Source of the DNA: an uncultured SAR86 cluster bacterium
GTDB lineage: Bacteria > Pseudomonadota > Gammaproteobacteria > Magnimaribacterales > D2472
Length of the DNA stretch: 64,000 nucleotides
Direction: 5' to 3'
NCBI GenBank assembly: GCA_902557965.1
Contig: CACECK010000001.1
Coordinates: 90,348-154,347, forward strand
Numbering within the stretch: the first letter of the stretch is position 1; each line of letters begins with the position of its first letter. Below the pieces are notes generated by a model. That model saw only the letters and a list, made by a program, of their open reading frames with translations, was not told the origin of the DNA and ran no database searches. This document shows, one piece after another, positions 19,531 through 29,505 of the stretch. A program made the translations under genes and the position numbers.

Positions 19531-20388
19531 TTATTTACTTATAAATTTCATGAAATTATTGTATCTGCTTATATTTATTTGACCATTTGATACTAAATTT
19601 GCAACATTACAACCATCATTATCAATATGGTTACAGTCATTAAATTTACAATACTTTGAAGCATTATAAATTTCTTCGAATCCCCTTGTAATTTGATTTA
19701 TAGAGTAATCTGCCAATTCAATATCTCTCATACCAGGCGAATCTATTATTTTTAAACCATTCTCTGCTTCATATAGCGACGATATTGATGTTGTATGCAC
19801 GCCTTGATTATTTGATAAAGAGCTAGTTTTAATTTCCCTACCTACCACTTTTGAAGTAAGGGTTGATTTACCAGCACCGGAATTTCCAACAAAAAGAACG
19901 CATTTATCTTTAAGATAATTAATGACCTCATCTATATTTATATTATGCTTCGCCGAAATACTCATAACTTTAAGACCAATATTTGAGTAAATTTCAAGTT
20001 TTTTATCATATGTTAAAGACGACTGAATATCCGTCTTGTTATTTATGATAAATGGTGAGATTTTTGATGCCTTTGATTTAATTATCCACTTATCAATAAA
20101 TTCTGATGAGGTTTTTGGTGATGGAGTAACAAGTATGCCAACATGTGTAACATTAGCTGCAAATAGTTTATCTTTGTTACCTATTCTTTTTGAAATTTTT
20201 GATCTTCTGTCAACAACCTTTAGTATTTTGCCAAGAGTTTTTTTGCTATCTTGAATGATTTCTAACTCAACATAATCACCTACAACAACATTTTTTATAG
20301 CCACACAGCTAAATTCACCAAAATTTGTTTTTACCAAACAAGTATTTGAATAGAATTCTATAACTTGCCCAGTTTGAACTTTTTTCAT
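19531..20388 (-). CDS. rsgA: ribosome small-subunit-dependent GTPase RsgA
   Basis: P-loop GNSGAGKSTL and Zn-finger CKFNDCNHIDNDGCNV. I use Met21 (MKKVQTGQVIEF); the 20-codon hydrophobic extension in the track ORF (to 20448) overlaps the orn start. Confidence 0.85.
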   Translation of the reverse strand: MKKVQTGQVIEFYSNTCLVKTNFGEFSCVAIKNVVVGDYVELEIIQDSKKTLGKILKVVDRRSKISKRIGNKDKLFAANVTHVGILVTPSPKTSSEFIDKWIIKSKASKISPFIINNKTDIQSSLTYDKKLEIYSNIGLKVMSISAKHNINIDEVINYLKDKCVLFVGNSGAGKSTLTSKVVGREIKTSSLSNNQGVHTTSISSLYEAENGLKIIDSPGMRDIELADYSINQITRGFEEIYNASKYCKFNDCNHIDNDGCNVANLVSNGQINISRYNNFMKFISK

Positions 20389-20429
20389 AATAAGAACAAA
20401 ATACACTAAAGAGGTGATTATAAAAAGAG

Positions 20430-20978
20430 ATGAAGACCATGCAATCAAGAGATAATCTAATATGGATTGATTTAGAGATGACCGGATTAGATCCAGAAAA
20501 AGAAAAAATCATAGAAATAGCTACACTGATTACTGATTCTGATCTTAATATTATCGCAGAAGGACCAAATCTAGTTTTATCCCAACCTAAAGAAATCTTA
20601 GAATCTATGGATGAATGGAATCAAAGCCATCATGGTTCTTCAGGATTAATTGATGAAGTAAAAAAGAGTATTATCAATGAACAAGTAGCTGAAATAGAGA
20701 CCCTTGATTTTGTATCAAAATATGTTGGTGAAAAGGTATCGCCAATGTGTGGCAATACGGTTTCTCATGACAGACGGTTTTTAACTAAGTACATGCCTAG
20801 GTTAGAGGCATATTTTAATTACAGACACATCGATGTATCTTCATTCAAAGAAGTCGCTGTTAGATGGATGAACGAAGCTCAAGTTTATGAAAAGAAAGGA
20901 TCCCACAGAGCTCTTGGCGATATTAAAGAATCAGTAGAAGAATTAAGATTTTATAAAAAAATTTTTATGCCTGACTAA
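20430..20978 (+). CDS. orn: oligoribonuclease
   Basis: DEDDh motifs LIWIDLEMTGL, GNTVSHDRRFL and HRALGDIKESVEEL. Divergent from rsgA, as in E. coli. Confidence 0.9.
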   Translation: MKTMQSRDNLIWIDLEMTGLDPEKEKIIEIATLITDSDLNIIAEGPNLVLSQPKEILESMDEWNQSHHGSSGLIDEVKKSIINEQVAEIETLDFVSKYVGEKVSPMCGNTVSHDRRFLTKYMPRLEAYFNYRHIDVSSFKEVAVRWMNEAQVYEKKGSHRALGDIKESVEELRFYKKIFMPD

Positions 20979-20980
20979 AT

Positions 20981-21304
20981 TTAGGATTTTTTTGGTGGTT
21001 GAATATTTATTGGAAGTGGACTTATTTGACCCTTATTTTCTTTAATCTTCGCCTCACCAGTTTCATTCACTTCATCAATTCTCAGAATTGAATTTACTGG
21101 TATATAACTTCTTTCCACTTTATTAAATTCTTTTTTGAGTTTTTCAGAACTAGGATCTACGACTAGCTGTTTGTCTTTATTGAAGATATACTCTTCCACC
21201 TCGATAAAACCGTACATGTCACTTTGGTAAATTTGTTTCGCAAACACTTCATAAATTTCACCAAGTTGAATGAAAATTATCTTGTAAACGTTTTTTGTTT
21301 TCAT
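20981..21304 (-). CDS. DUF1820-like small protein
   Basis: YKIIFIQLGEIYEVFAKQIYQSDMYGFIEVEEYIF...VVDPSSEKLKKEFNKVERSYIPVNSILRIDEV resembles the conserved gammaproteobacterial DUF1820 family. Recalled from memory, not searched. Confidence 0.55.
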   Translation of the reverse strand: MKTKNVYKIIFIQLGEIYEVFAKQIYQSDMYGFIEVEEYIFNKDKQLVVDPSSEKLKKEFNKVERSYIPVNSILRIDEVNETGEAKIKENKGQISPLPINIQPPKKS

Positions 21305-21361
21305 AATACTAATTATATGGGAACAAATAAAAAGAATTAAAGTTATGTATAAGTATTAAAA

Positions 21362-22687
21362 ATGACTAAAAAACTATTTATCAAAACACACGGCTGTCAG
21401 ATGAATGAATATGATTCTGCAAAAATGTTTGATTTACTTGAAGAAAAAGAAAACTTTGAACTGGCTGAGACTGAAGAACAAGCCGACCTTTTAATCCTTA
21501 ATACTTGCTCTATAAGAGAAAAGGCACAAGAAAAAGTTTTTCATCAGATCGGAAGGTGGAGAAAAATTAAGGAAAAAAATCCTAATCTTAAAATTGCAAT
21601 TGGTGGGTGTGTTGCATCACAAGAGGGTGAAAAAATTATTAAGAGAGCTCCAGCTGTTGACATTGTATTTGGACCTCAAACACTTCATAAACTTCCAGAA
21701 TTATACAATGAGAAAAATGAAACTAATGTTAATCAAGTGGATATATCTTTTCCAAAACTTGAAAAATTTAACCACTTTCCTGTTCACGGAAAAGGCGAGC
21801 CATCAGCCTTTGTTTCGATTGTTGAAGGGTGTAATAAATATTGCTCATTTTGCGTCGTCCCAAAGACAAGAGGACATGAGGTTTCCAGAAGCATAGAAGA
21901 CATATTGAATGAAATCTCTGTATTGGCTGATCAAGGAACAAGAGAGATTCATCTGCTTGGACAAAATGTAAATAATTTTAAAGGTGCATTGGGAGGTGAA
22001 AAATCTTCACTAGCAAAACTGATAGAATTAACAGCTAAGATAGAAAATATTGAAAGAATAAGGTACACAACTAGTCATCCTCATGAATTCAAAGATGATC
22101 TTGTTGAGGTATATGACAAAGTTCCAGAACTTGTAAGTCATGTCCACCTGCCAGTTCAGAGTGGCTCTGATAGAATCTTAAAGCTTATGAGGAGGAGATA
22201 TAACATTGAAAAATATCTCAATCTTGTAGAAAAATTAAGAAATGTAAGACCTGAAATGAGTTTTTCCTCTGACTTTATTGTTGGTTTCCCGGGTGAAACC
22301 AAAGATGATTTTGAAGGAACTATGAATGTGATTAATGAAGTGAGATTTGATGAATCATTTAGTTTTATTTATAGTCCAAGACCAAATACGACTGCGTCAG
22401 ACATGCCTGACGATGTAACAGACGAAGAGAAAAAAGAGAGACTGAGCATACTTCAAACTAGACTTAATCAACTTTCATTTGGCTTTAGTCGCAAGAAAGT
22501 TGGAACAAATCAAAACTGTCTTATCTATGGACAATCTAAAAGGGATCCTGGTCAACTTCAAGGAAGAACTATCTGTAATAGAATAGTTAATTTCTCCTCT
22601 AATGATATTGATTTAGTAGGCCAATTAGTCAATATTCATATCAATGAAGCTCTTCCAAATTGTTTAAGAGGAAATTTACAAAATTAA
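21362..22687 (+). CDS. miaB: tRNA-2-methylthio-N6-dimethylallyladenosine synthase
   Basis: N-terminal cluster [10 protein letters not shown]...NTCSIREKA and radical-SAM [12 protein letters not shown], with a TRAM C-terminus. Confidence 0.95.
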   Translation: MTKKLFIKTHGCQMNEYDSAKMFDLLEEKENFELAETEEQADLLILNTCSIREKAQEKVFHQIGRWRKIKEKNPNLKIAIGGCVASQEGEKIIKRAPAVDIVFGPQTLHKLPELYNEKNETNVNQVDISFPKLEKFNHFPVHGKGEPSAFVSIVEGCNKYCSFCVVPKTRGHEVSRSIEDILNEISVLADQGTREIHLLGQNVNNFKGALGGEKSSLAKLIELTAKIENIERIRYTTSHPHEFKDDLVEVYDKVPELVSHVHLPVQSGSDRILKLMRRRYNIEKYLNLVEKLRNVRPEMSFSSDFIVGFPGETKDDFEGTMNVINEVRFDESFSFIYSPRPNTTASDMPDDVTDEEKKERLSILQTRLNQLSFGFSRKKVGTNQNCLIYGQSKRDPGQLQGRTICNRIVNFSSNDIDLVGQLVNIHINEALPNCLRGNLQN

Positions 22688-23646
22688 TGTCAAAGGACTC
22701 TACTCTTACAAAAATTGAACTAACACCTTCTGATGCAAATGTAATGATAAGGTTTGTGGGCGAGCTCAATGAGAATTTAAAGTATGTTGAAAAAACTTTT
22801 AATGTAAAGATTTTTCAAAATGGCAATAATATAAAAATTCAAGGCTCTCAAAAAGACGTAAATAATTCAGCAGATGCTTTGCAAAAGCTATATGAAGCTG
22901 CAGGCCAAGGAATAGAAATTACGAAAGAAACCCTACATCTTTATATTCAAGATACTTATAATCAAGAAAAAAGTTTTGAGACTATAATAAAAACACCAAA
23001 AAAAAGTATTGTACCAAGAGGCAAGAACCAAAGACTGTATCTGGAGAGCATGCATAAACATGAAGTTAACTTTGGTATTGGTCCAGCAGGAACTGGGAAA
23101 ACCTATTTAGCCGTTGCTGCTGCAATTGATGCTTTACTAAAAGAAAAAGTAGATAGAATAATTTTAATAAGACCGGCAGTGGAAGCTGGTGAAAAACTAG
23201 GCTTTTTGCCTGGAGACCTATCTCAGAAAGTTGATCCATACCTCCGCCCTCTTTACGATTGTTTGTACGAGATGTTAGGAATTGAAAGAACTGAAAAACT
23301 ATTAGCAAATGGTAATGTTGAGATTGCTCCCCTTGCATATATGAGAGGCAGAACCTTAAATAATTCCTTTATCATCGTTGATGAAAGTCAAAATACCACC
23401 AAAGAACAAATGAAGATGGTTCTAACAAGAATGGGCTTTAATTCATATTTAGTTATCAATGGTGATCTAACCCAAATTGATTTACCAAAAAATATTACTT
23501 CTGGATTATCTAATGCGATAAAAGTTTTGAAAGATACGGATGGAATTGGCTTTACAAATTTTTCATCAAGAGATGTTGTTAGACATCCACTTGTTAGGAA
23601 AATAATAGATGCTTATGAATACTTTGAGGATAAAATAAATACTTAA
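22687..23646 (+). CDS. ybeZ: PhoH-like ATPase (YbeZ)
   Basis: Walker A GPAGTGKTYLA and Walker B FIIVDESQN. The start is placed at the ATG overlapping the miaB stop (TAATG); the track ORF begins 27 nt earlier. Confidence 0.9.
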   Translation: MSKDSTLTKIELTPSDANVMIRFVGELNENLKYVEKTFNVKIFQNGNNIKIQGSQKDVNNSADALQKLYEAAGQGIEITKETLHLYIQDTYNQEKSFETIIKTPKKSIVPRGKNQRLYLESMHKHEVNFGIGPAGTGKTYLAVAAAIDALLKEKVDRIILIRPAVEAGEKLGFLPGDLSQKVDPYLRPLYDCLYEMLGIERTEKLLANGNVEIAPLAYMRGRTLNNSFIIVDESQNTTKEQMKMVLTRMGFNSYLVINGDLTQIDLPKNITSGLSNAIKVLKDTDGIGFTNFSSRDVVRHPLVRKIIDAYEYFEDKINT

Positions 23647-24096
23647 GTGACTCTTTCCATAATAAATCATAATAATTTTAAAGTTGCTAAGCCTCTATCA
23701 GAAAAGTTAAATGAGGCATTTAAGTTAATTTGTAATGAAGAAGAACTATCTAATTGTTCTATAAATATAAAAATAGTAAATAACAATGAAATTAAGGACT
23801 TAAACAGAAAATTCCGAAATAAAGATAAACCTACAAATGTTTTATCATTTACAAATGAAGATGTATCAAAACAGATAACAAATAATTTAGGAGATATTGC
23901 AATTAGTTATGAATACGTTAAGTGTGAAGCAAAAGAACAAGATAAAAAATTTGATGATCATGTTGTTCACATGTTTATCCATGGCATATATCATATATTA
24001 GGATTTGATCATAAAGATGATCTCATGGCAGATGAAATGGAAAATAAAGAAATTATTTTGCTTAAAAAATTAAATATTAATAATCCATACAATTAA
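23647..24096 (+). CDS. ybeY: rRNA maturation endoribonuclease YbeY (GTG start)
   Basis: Metal-binding motif HGIYHILGFDH. Lies between ybeZ and corC. Confidence 0.9.
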   Translation: MTLSIINHNNFKVAKPLSEKLNEAFKLICNEEELSNCSINIKIVNNNEIKDLNRKFRNKDKPTNVLSFTNEDVSKQITNNLGDIAISYEYVKCEAKEQDKKFDDHVVHMFIHGIYHILGFDHKDDLMADEMENKEIILLKKLNINNPYN

Positions 24097-24951
24097 ATGA
24101 ACGAAAAACATCACAACGAAGAACCCCAACCTCCGTCGGGGCTATTTAATAAAATAAAAAAATACTTTAGAAACCCTTTCTTTATAAAAACACAATCAGT
24201 TTCAGAAGTTACCGACTTTCTTAAAGATGCACTTGATCAAAATATTATTGATAAAGAAGCAGAATCGATAGCTTCTAAAGCTATTAAGCTTGGTGATATC
24301 ACTGTTAAGGAAATAATGATTCCTAAGATTGATATGGTAACAATTCAAATTGATGAGAACACAACAGATGTTATTACCAAGATAATTGATTCAGGGCACT
24401 CAAGGTATCCTGTATTAGGAACAGAAAGGGATGAAGTTGTAGGTATTTTGTTAGCAAAAGATATATTACCTAAATTGTTTAAAGGAATTACGGATTTTAA
24501 CCTTACTGATATGCTAAGAGATCCAAATGTTGTTCCAGAATCAAAGAAAGCCGATTCATTGTTAGAAGAATTTAAGCAGGATAGGCGACATTTAGCTGTT
24601 GTGATTGATGAATACGGCGCTGTTTGTGGATTAGTGACGATCGAAGATATCCTAGAGGAACTTGTCGGTGAAATTGAGGATGAACATGATGTTGAAGAAG
24701 AAGATATTATGCAGATATCTGAAAATAAGTTTTATATAGACGCAACAGTTGAACTTGAAGAATTTATTGAATATTTCGGGCTAAATTTAGATCATTTATC
24801 TATTGATGCAGAAACGTTAGGTGGATACTTTATAGCAGAGCATGGAGTTCTTCCAAAAAAAGGCACAAAGTTAAAAGTTGAAGATCTTACGATCAAAGTT
24901 TCTGATACAGATAATAGAAGAATAAAAAGTTTTCTAGTCACTAAAAGTTAA
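24097..24951 (+). CDS. corC: CBS-pair/CorC_HlyC domain Mg/Co efflux-associated protein
   Basis: CBS pair followed by DEYGAVCGLVTIEDILEELVGEIEDE and a transporter-associated C-terminal domain. Occupies the ybeX slot. Confidence 0.85.
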   Translation: MNEKHHNEEPQPPSGLFNKIKKYFRNPFFIKTQSVSEVTDFLKDALDQNIIDKEAESIASKAIKLGDITVKEIMIPKIDMVTIQIDENTTDVITKIIDSGHSRYPVLGTERDEVVGILLAKDILPKLFKGITDFNLTDMLRDPNVVPESKKADSLLEEFKQDRRHLAVVIDEYGAVCGLVTIEDILEELVGEIEDEHDVEEEDIMQISENKFYIDATVELEEFIEYFGLNLDHLSIDAETLGGYFIAEHGVLPKKGTKLKVEDLTIKVSDTDNRRIKSFLVTKS

Positions 24952-26408
24952 TGAGCTTTAAAAAACTTTTCTATGCATTTCTTGCTGGAATATTAGGTGT
25001 TTTTGCATTTGCACCCTTCTCTTTAAAATTCCTAATTTTTGTTTCCTACTCGTATTTAATTTATATTTTAATACATAAAAAATCACATCAAATAAAAGAA
25101 GTTTTTGCCTGGGGTTTTGGTCACTGGGGATTTGGTATGTCATGGATAATAGTAAGTGTTTACTATTATGGACAAACCTCAATAGCAATGTCTTTGATAA
25201 TATATCTTTTATTAATAACAATTCTTACATTAGTGTTTACCTGCCCTCTTCTTTTAATTTCATACATAAATAACACTACAAATATAGACAATAAAGTTCT
25301 TAAGATTCTGTTTGTATCTTCATCTTTGATGTTGAGTGAAATTAGTAGAGAATATTTATTGAATGGTGTTCCATGGCTTATTCCAGGTAATATATATCTT
25401 GATACTATTTCCCAAAATATTTATCCAATATTAGGTGCTAGCTTTACCTCATTTGTAATTTACATATTGTGTTCTTATTTAGTATTTTCCATAAAGAATA
25501 GAAAAATTAATATTTTAGGTTTAGGAATAATACTTTTATCAATCTTTCCACAACAACCCCAACAAGAAAATGGGGAATTGCTTATTTCCATTATCCAACC
25601 ATCAACTGACCCATTCCAAAAATATGAATCGAATTATTTCTCTTTCATTGAAAATAATCTCATTAAATTAATTAATAAAACATCAAAAGATAGTCAATTG
25701 GTAGTGTTGCCTGAAGCAGAGCTACCATATCCTATAAACAACAACAGGTTTAAAACATTTGTAGATAAAACTGGAGTTGCAGATAAATTAGTACTAGGAG
25801 CATGGTTTCTTGAAGAAAGTATTTTATTTAATACAATTTATGTTCCAAATAAAAATCTTTTGTATAAAAAAACTCATTTAGTACCATTTGGAGAATATAT
25901 TCCATTTGTAGCTAGTTTACGGGGCATAATTACATTTTTTGATCTACCAATGTCAAATGTAGCGTTTGGACCACCAAATCAGGGAAATCTTAGATTATTT
26001 AATGGTTATTCGGCTTCAACGCCGATTTGTTTTGATATTGCATTTCCAAATTCTGTAAGAAAAATGAACAAAAGTTCTGATTTTATAATTAATATTTCTA
26101 ATGATACATGGTTTGGAAGTTCTATTGGCCCACATCATCATTTAAGTATGTCAAGAATTAGAGCTATTGAAAATAATCGCTGGCTTATAAGGGCAACTAA
26201 TGATGGTTTTTCTGCAATTATTTCTAATAAAGGAACAGTTGTTGATAAATTAAACAAAGGTGTAAAATCAATATTAGAAGGGCACATAACACCAATAAAT
26301 AAAAGATCTTTTTATAATTCTTATGGTTATCTAATTAGCACTTCACTTTCACTGTTATTTTTCTTATCATCAATATTATATTTATTATGTTTTCGTATAA
26401 AAAAATAA
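24951..26408 (+). CDS. lnt: apolipoprotein N-acyltransferase
   Basis: N-terminal polytopic membrane domain plus a nitrilase-like domain with the E/K/C triad contexts VVLPEAE, KTHLVPFGEYIP and TPICFDIAFP. Confidence 0.85.
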   Translation: MSFKKLFYAFLAGILGVFAFAPFSLKFLIFVSYSYLIYILIHKKSHQIKEVFAWGFGHWGFGMSWIIVSVYYYGQTSIAMSLIIYLLLITILTLVFTCPLLLISYINNTTNIDNKVLKILFVSSSLMLSEISREYLLNGVPWLIPGNIYLDTISQNIYPILGASFTSFVIYILCSYLVFSIKNRKINILGLGIILLSIFPQQPQQENGELLISIIQPSTDPFQKYESNYFSFIENNLIKLINKTSKDSQLVVLPEAELPYPINNNRFKTFVDKTGVADKLVLGAWFLEESILFNTIYVPNKNLLYKKTHLVPFGEYIPFVASLRGIITFFDLPMSNVAFGPPNQGNLRLFNGYSASTPICFDIAFPNSVRKMNKSSDFIINISNDTWFGSSIGPHHHLSMSRIRAIENNRWLIRATNDGFSAIISNKGTVVDKLNKGVKSILEGHITPINKRSFYNSYGYLISTSLSLLFFLSSILYLLCFRIKK

Positions 26409-27043
26409 TTTTATCTATATTTCTTGTTGGGTTTTACAGCTTACACGCAGCTTCATTACCTGATAGGCAAATCAATCCAGATACATCAACCAGATGGGTC
26501 CAAGATGTTCATCAAAAGGCTATAAACAGGCTTGGGGAAGGTTTATATAAGAATAGTAATGACGTTTCCTCAATTGTGGTAGATATTAGCGAACAAAGGC
26601 TGTATTTAGTAAAGAATTCTATAATTACTAAGAGTTTCCCTATCTCTTCATCAAAATTTGGTGAAGGAGGTATTCAAAATTCGTTTAAGACACCTCTAGG
26701 AATGCATGAAATAAAGGATAAAATAGGTTATGAAGTACCTAAAAATACAATTTTTAAATCAAGAATAAATACAAAAAGAACTGCAGAAATAATACATAAC
26801 CTAATTGATTCTGATGATGATTATGTTACAAGCCGAATTCTATGGCTCGACGGTCTTGAATATGGCAAAAATAAAGGAAAAGGTGTAGATTCATATGATA
26901 GATACATATACATTCATGGCACTCACGAAGAGGGGCTTATTGGCACAAAAGCATCGCATGGATGTATTAGAATGTTCAACGACGACGTTATAAATCTCTT
27001 TAATGAAGTTGAAGAGGGGACATATGTCCTAATTAAGGCCTAG
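26387..27043 (+). CDS. L,D-transpeptidase (YkuD domain), exported
   Basis: Signal peptide and active-site motif HGTHEEGLIGTKASHGCIRM. 22-nt overlap with lnt. Confidence 0.75.
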   Translation: MFSYKKIILSIFLVGFYSLHAASLPDRQINPDTSTRWVQDVHQKAINRLGEGLYKNSNDVSSIVVDISEQRLYLVKNSIITKSFPISSSKFGEGGIQNSFKTPLGMHEIKDKIGYEVPKNTIFKSRINTKRTAEIIHNLIDSDDDYVTSRILWLDGLEYGKNKGKGVDSYDRYIYIHGTHEEGLIGTKASHGCIRMFNDDVINLFNEVEEGTYVLIKA

Positions 27044-27056
27044 CTTTAATAATTTA

Positions 27057-29252
27057 CTAAAAGTTATTAGCTACTGAAGACATTTCAAAACCTAATTTTT
27101 CCTTTCTATCATCTTTATTTGGAGCATCACCTAATCTTTCTCCCTTTTCAGCTAATTTGACAAGCAATTCACTAGGTTTATAGACATCATTTCCAGTAGA
27201 CTCATGGTATTTATTAAGCTTTTCTACTACTTTATCAAGACCCATTGCATTTGCATGGTGCATTGGACCTCCTCGCCATATTGGGAATCCATATCCATTA
27301 ATGTACACAACATCAATATCTACAGCTCTTTGAGCCACTCCTTCAGACAAAATATCAGCACCTTCATTGATAAGAGCTAACATACATCTATCTATTATTT
27401 CTTCATCTGATATATCTCTTCTATTAAAACCATTCTCTTGTGATATTTTTTCATACAATGATTCATTTTCTGGTGCAGCATTAGGCGCTCTTGATCCCTC
27501 TGTATAGTTATAATAACCCTTGCTATTCTTTTGTCCGAATCTATTTTGCTCACATAATTCATCACCAATTTTTGCATGGAGTGGTGATTCTTTACCACCT
27601 AATTTCCTTGCTCTCCATCCAAGGTCTAATCCAACCAGATCCATCATTCTGAATGGGCCCATATTTAATCCAAATGATTCAAGTGCTTGATCAATTTGAT
27701 GAGGTAGGGCACCTTCAAGTAATAACATATTTGCTTGAGCTGTATATCCAAAAAGCATTCTATTTCCAATGAAACCAGGAGCATTAAGAGAAACTACAGC
27801 TGCTTTCTTTAACTTCTTTCCAATTGCCATAATTGTTGCAAGTGTTTCATTGGATGTTTCTTCACCTCTGACTACCTCAAGCAGCCTCATAATGTTAGCA
27901 GGACTAAAAAAGTGGGTACCTACTATCAGTTCAGGCCTTTTAGTTACTTGTGCAATAGAATCAATATCCAAACCAGAGGTATTGCTTGCAAGGATAGCAT
28001 CAGGTTTGACTATCTCATCCAGTGTTTTAAAAATATCATGTTTTAATTCAAGATTTTCATAAACAGCTTCTATAACAATATCGCAATCTGAAATATCTGC
28101 ATAATCAAGACTGGAAGAAACTAATCCAAATACAGCATCTTTTTGTTCGGCGCTAAGCCTTCCTCTATTAACCATAAAATCGTAATTTTTTTCAATAACT
28201 GAAACACCTCTTTTCAGGTTTTCTTCATCCTGATCAATAATGTGGACAGGTATTCCAGCATTAGCAAAACACATAGCAATTCCACCCCCCATTGTTCCTG
28301 ATCCAATAATGCCTGCTTTTTTGATATCTTTGGTGGGAGTATCTTTTGGAACATCAGAAATCTTAGATGCTGCTCTTTCTCCAAAGAATATATGAATCAT
28401 TGCCTCTCTTTGAGGATGAAGTAGGCATTCAAGAAATAATTCGCCTTCTTTTTTGAGGCCTTCATCAAAATCATCTAAATTGATTGCTGCTTCTACACAC
28501 TTTATGATTTGGCCTGGTGCAAACTGACCTTTTCTACTTTTTGCAGCCATAGCTTGGGCTTCTAATAATATTTTGTCATTCCCTCTAGCTTCAATCATCT
28601 TGTCATTAAGATCACGCACTTTAGGGTGATTTTCTTCGTTTTCTGCTTTATCTAGTACAAATTTAATAGAATCTTCCACCACATTGTCACTTATATCGTC
28701 AATTATCCCCATATTTAAAGCTTTTTTTGCTGGTACATGGCCTCCAGTTAACATCATTTTCAAAGCTTCTCCTGGACCAGCAAGTCTTGGCAGACGTTGA
28801 GTACCACCACCACCAGGTAAAAGCCCTAAATTAACCTCTGGGAGGCCTACAAACGCTGAATTCGCTGCTATTCTGTAGTTACAACATAGAGCAGTCTCTA
28901 GACCACCACCTAGTGCAATACCATTTATCGCAGCTACAACAGGTTTTGAACAAAATTCTAGTTTACTAAATACTTCGTTAAGGCTTACACCCTCAACATT
29001 TCCACCAAATTCGGAGATGTCTGCTCCAGCAATGAAAGCTCTTCCATTTCCAGTTAATACAACTCCTTTTACAGAATCATCAGACTCAGCTTTTGTTATC
29101 GATTCATATAATCCTGTTCTAACTCCATCGCTTAATGGATTAACAGGGGGGTTATCAACCGTTAAAACTGCAACGTTATCTATAATTTCATATAAAACTG
29201 TACCTTTCAAAGCAATTCTCCTAATAAATTTAGTAAGAAAAGCATTATACAT
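27057..29252 (-). CDS. bifunctional enoyl-CoA hydratase/3-hydroxyacyl-CoA dehydrogenase (FadB/FadN-like)
   Basis: N-terminal crotonase fold (FIAGADISEF, GGGLE), central Rossmann IGSGTMGGGIA and C-terminal 3HCDH repeats. No thiolase gene is adjacent. Confidence 0.85.
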   Translation of the reverse strand: MYNAFLTKFIRRIALKGTVLYEIIDNVAVLTVDNPPVNPLSDGVRTGLYESITKAESDDSVKGVVLTGNGRAFIAGADISEFGGNVEGVSLNEVFSKLEFCSKPVVAAINGIALGGGLETALCCNYRIAANSAFVGLPEVNLGLLPGGGGTQRLPRLAGPGEALKMMLTGGHVPAKKALNMGIIDDISDNVVEDSIKFVLDKAENEENHPKVRDLNDKMIEARGNDKILLEAQAMAAKSRKGQFAPGQIIKCVEAAINLDDFDEGLKKEGELFLECLLHPQREAMIHIFFGERAASKISDVPKDTPTKDIKKAGIIGSGTMGGGIAMCFANAGIPVHIIDQDEENLKRGVSVIEKNYDFMVNRGRLSAEQKDAVFGLVSSSLDYADISDCDIVIEAVYENLELKHDIFKTLDEIVKPDAILASNTSGLDIDSIAQVTKRPELIVGTHFFSPANIMRLLEVVRGEETSNETLATIMAIGKKLKKAAVVSLNAPGFIGNRMLFGYTAQANMLLLEGALPHQIDQALESFGLNMGPFRMMDLVGLDLGWRARKLGGKESPLHAKIGDELCEQNRFGQKNSKGYYNYTEGSRAPNAAPENESLYEKISQENGFNRRDISDEEIIDRCMLALINEGADILSEGVAQRAVDIDVVYINGYGFPIWRGGPMHHANAMGLDKVVEKLNKYHESTGNDVYKPSELLVKLAEKGERLGDAPNKDDRKEKLGFEMSSVANNF

Positions 29253-29283
29253 AAAAAAAGAACAATTTATTTTATAAATACTA

Positions 29284-29311
29284 TTGATAATTAATTATAA
29301 ATACATATAAT
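29284..29311 (+). promoter_or_regulatory. candidate sigma70 promoter (TTGATA-16 nt-TATAAT)
   Basis: TTGATA at 29284-29289 and TATAAT at 29306-29311, read directly. AT-rich DNA yields many chance matches, so confidence is moderate. Confidence 0.4.
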
Positions 29312-29317
29312 AATCTA

Positions 29318-29391
29318 GTCAGCACTCCTCTCCCCTATTATTTTGCTGACACTCTGGAATTATGGAGGGCTTTGCCCTCCGTATCTTTTCT
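29318..29391 (+). ncRNA. candidate short structured RNA or 5' leader (two hairpins)
   Basis: Hairpin 1 is GTCAGCA (29318-29324) paired with TGCTGAC (29344-29350), with a 19-nt C/U-rich loop. Hairpin 2 is GGAGGGC-TTT-GCCCTCC (29364-29380) followed by GTATCTTTTCT. GC-rich stems stand out in AT-rich DNA. Not recognised as any named RNA family. Confidence 0.35.
29364..29391 (+). terminator. intrinsic-terminator-like hairpin, not at a gene end
   Basis: 7-bp GC-rich stem and 3-nt loop, then a T-rich tract (GTATCTTTTCT) interrupted by G/A/C. On the minus strand the downstream sequence is not T-rich. Confidence 0.4.
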
Positions 29392-29406
29392 AAGGTGGTT
29401 TTAAAT

Positions 29407-29493
29407 ATGAAAAACATTAAAGACAACATGGAATTAATCTTTTTGATCACTGTCTTTATATCATCCCTTTCCGCAATAACTCCAATAAGTTAA
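29407..29493 (+). CDS. candidate 28-codon micro-ORF (single hydrophobic helix)
   Basis: AAGGTGG SD 8 nt upstream of the ATG. Product MKNIKDNMELIFLITVFISSLSAITPIS. The stop is 12 nt before the gpx ATG. No family recognised and it could be a chance ORF. Confidence 0.25.
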   Translation: MKNIKDNMELIFLITVFISSLSAITPIS

Positions 29494-29505
29494 AATTAAA
29501 ACTTT

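Noticed and set aside
20389-20448. Hydrophobic 20-codon N-terminal extension of rsgA that would suggest a membrane-anchored RsgA
   Set aside because: RsgA is cytoplasmic. The extension overlaps the divergent orn start and would leave no promoter space. MKKVQTGQVIEF is a normal RsgA OB-fold start.
29362-29493. Longer 43-codon version of the micro-ORF starting at the ATG inside the GC hairpin (MEGFALRIFSKVVLNMKNIK...)
   Set aside because: This ATG is buried in the 5' arm of the stable hairpin and has no SD. The downstream ATG at 29407 has a good AAGGTGG SD. A 36-codon minus-strand ORF across the same hairpins also lacks any supporting signal.
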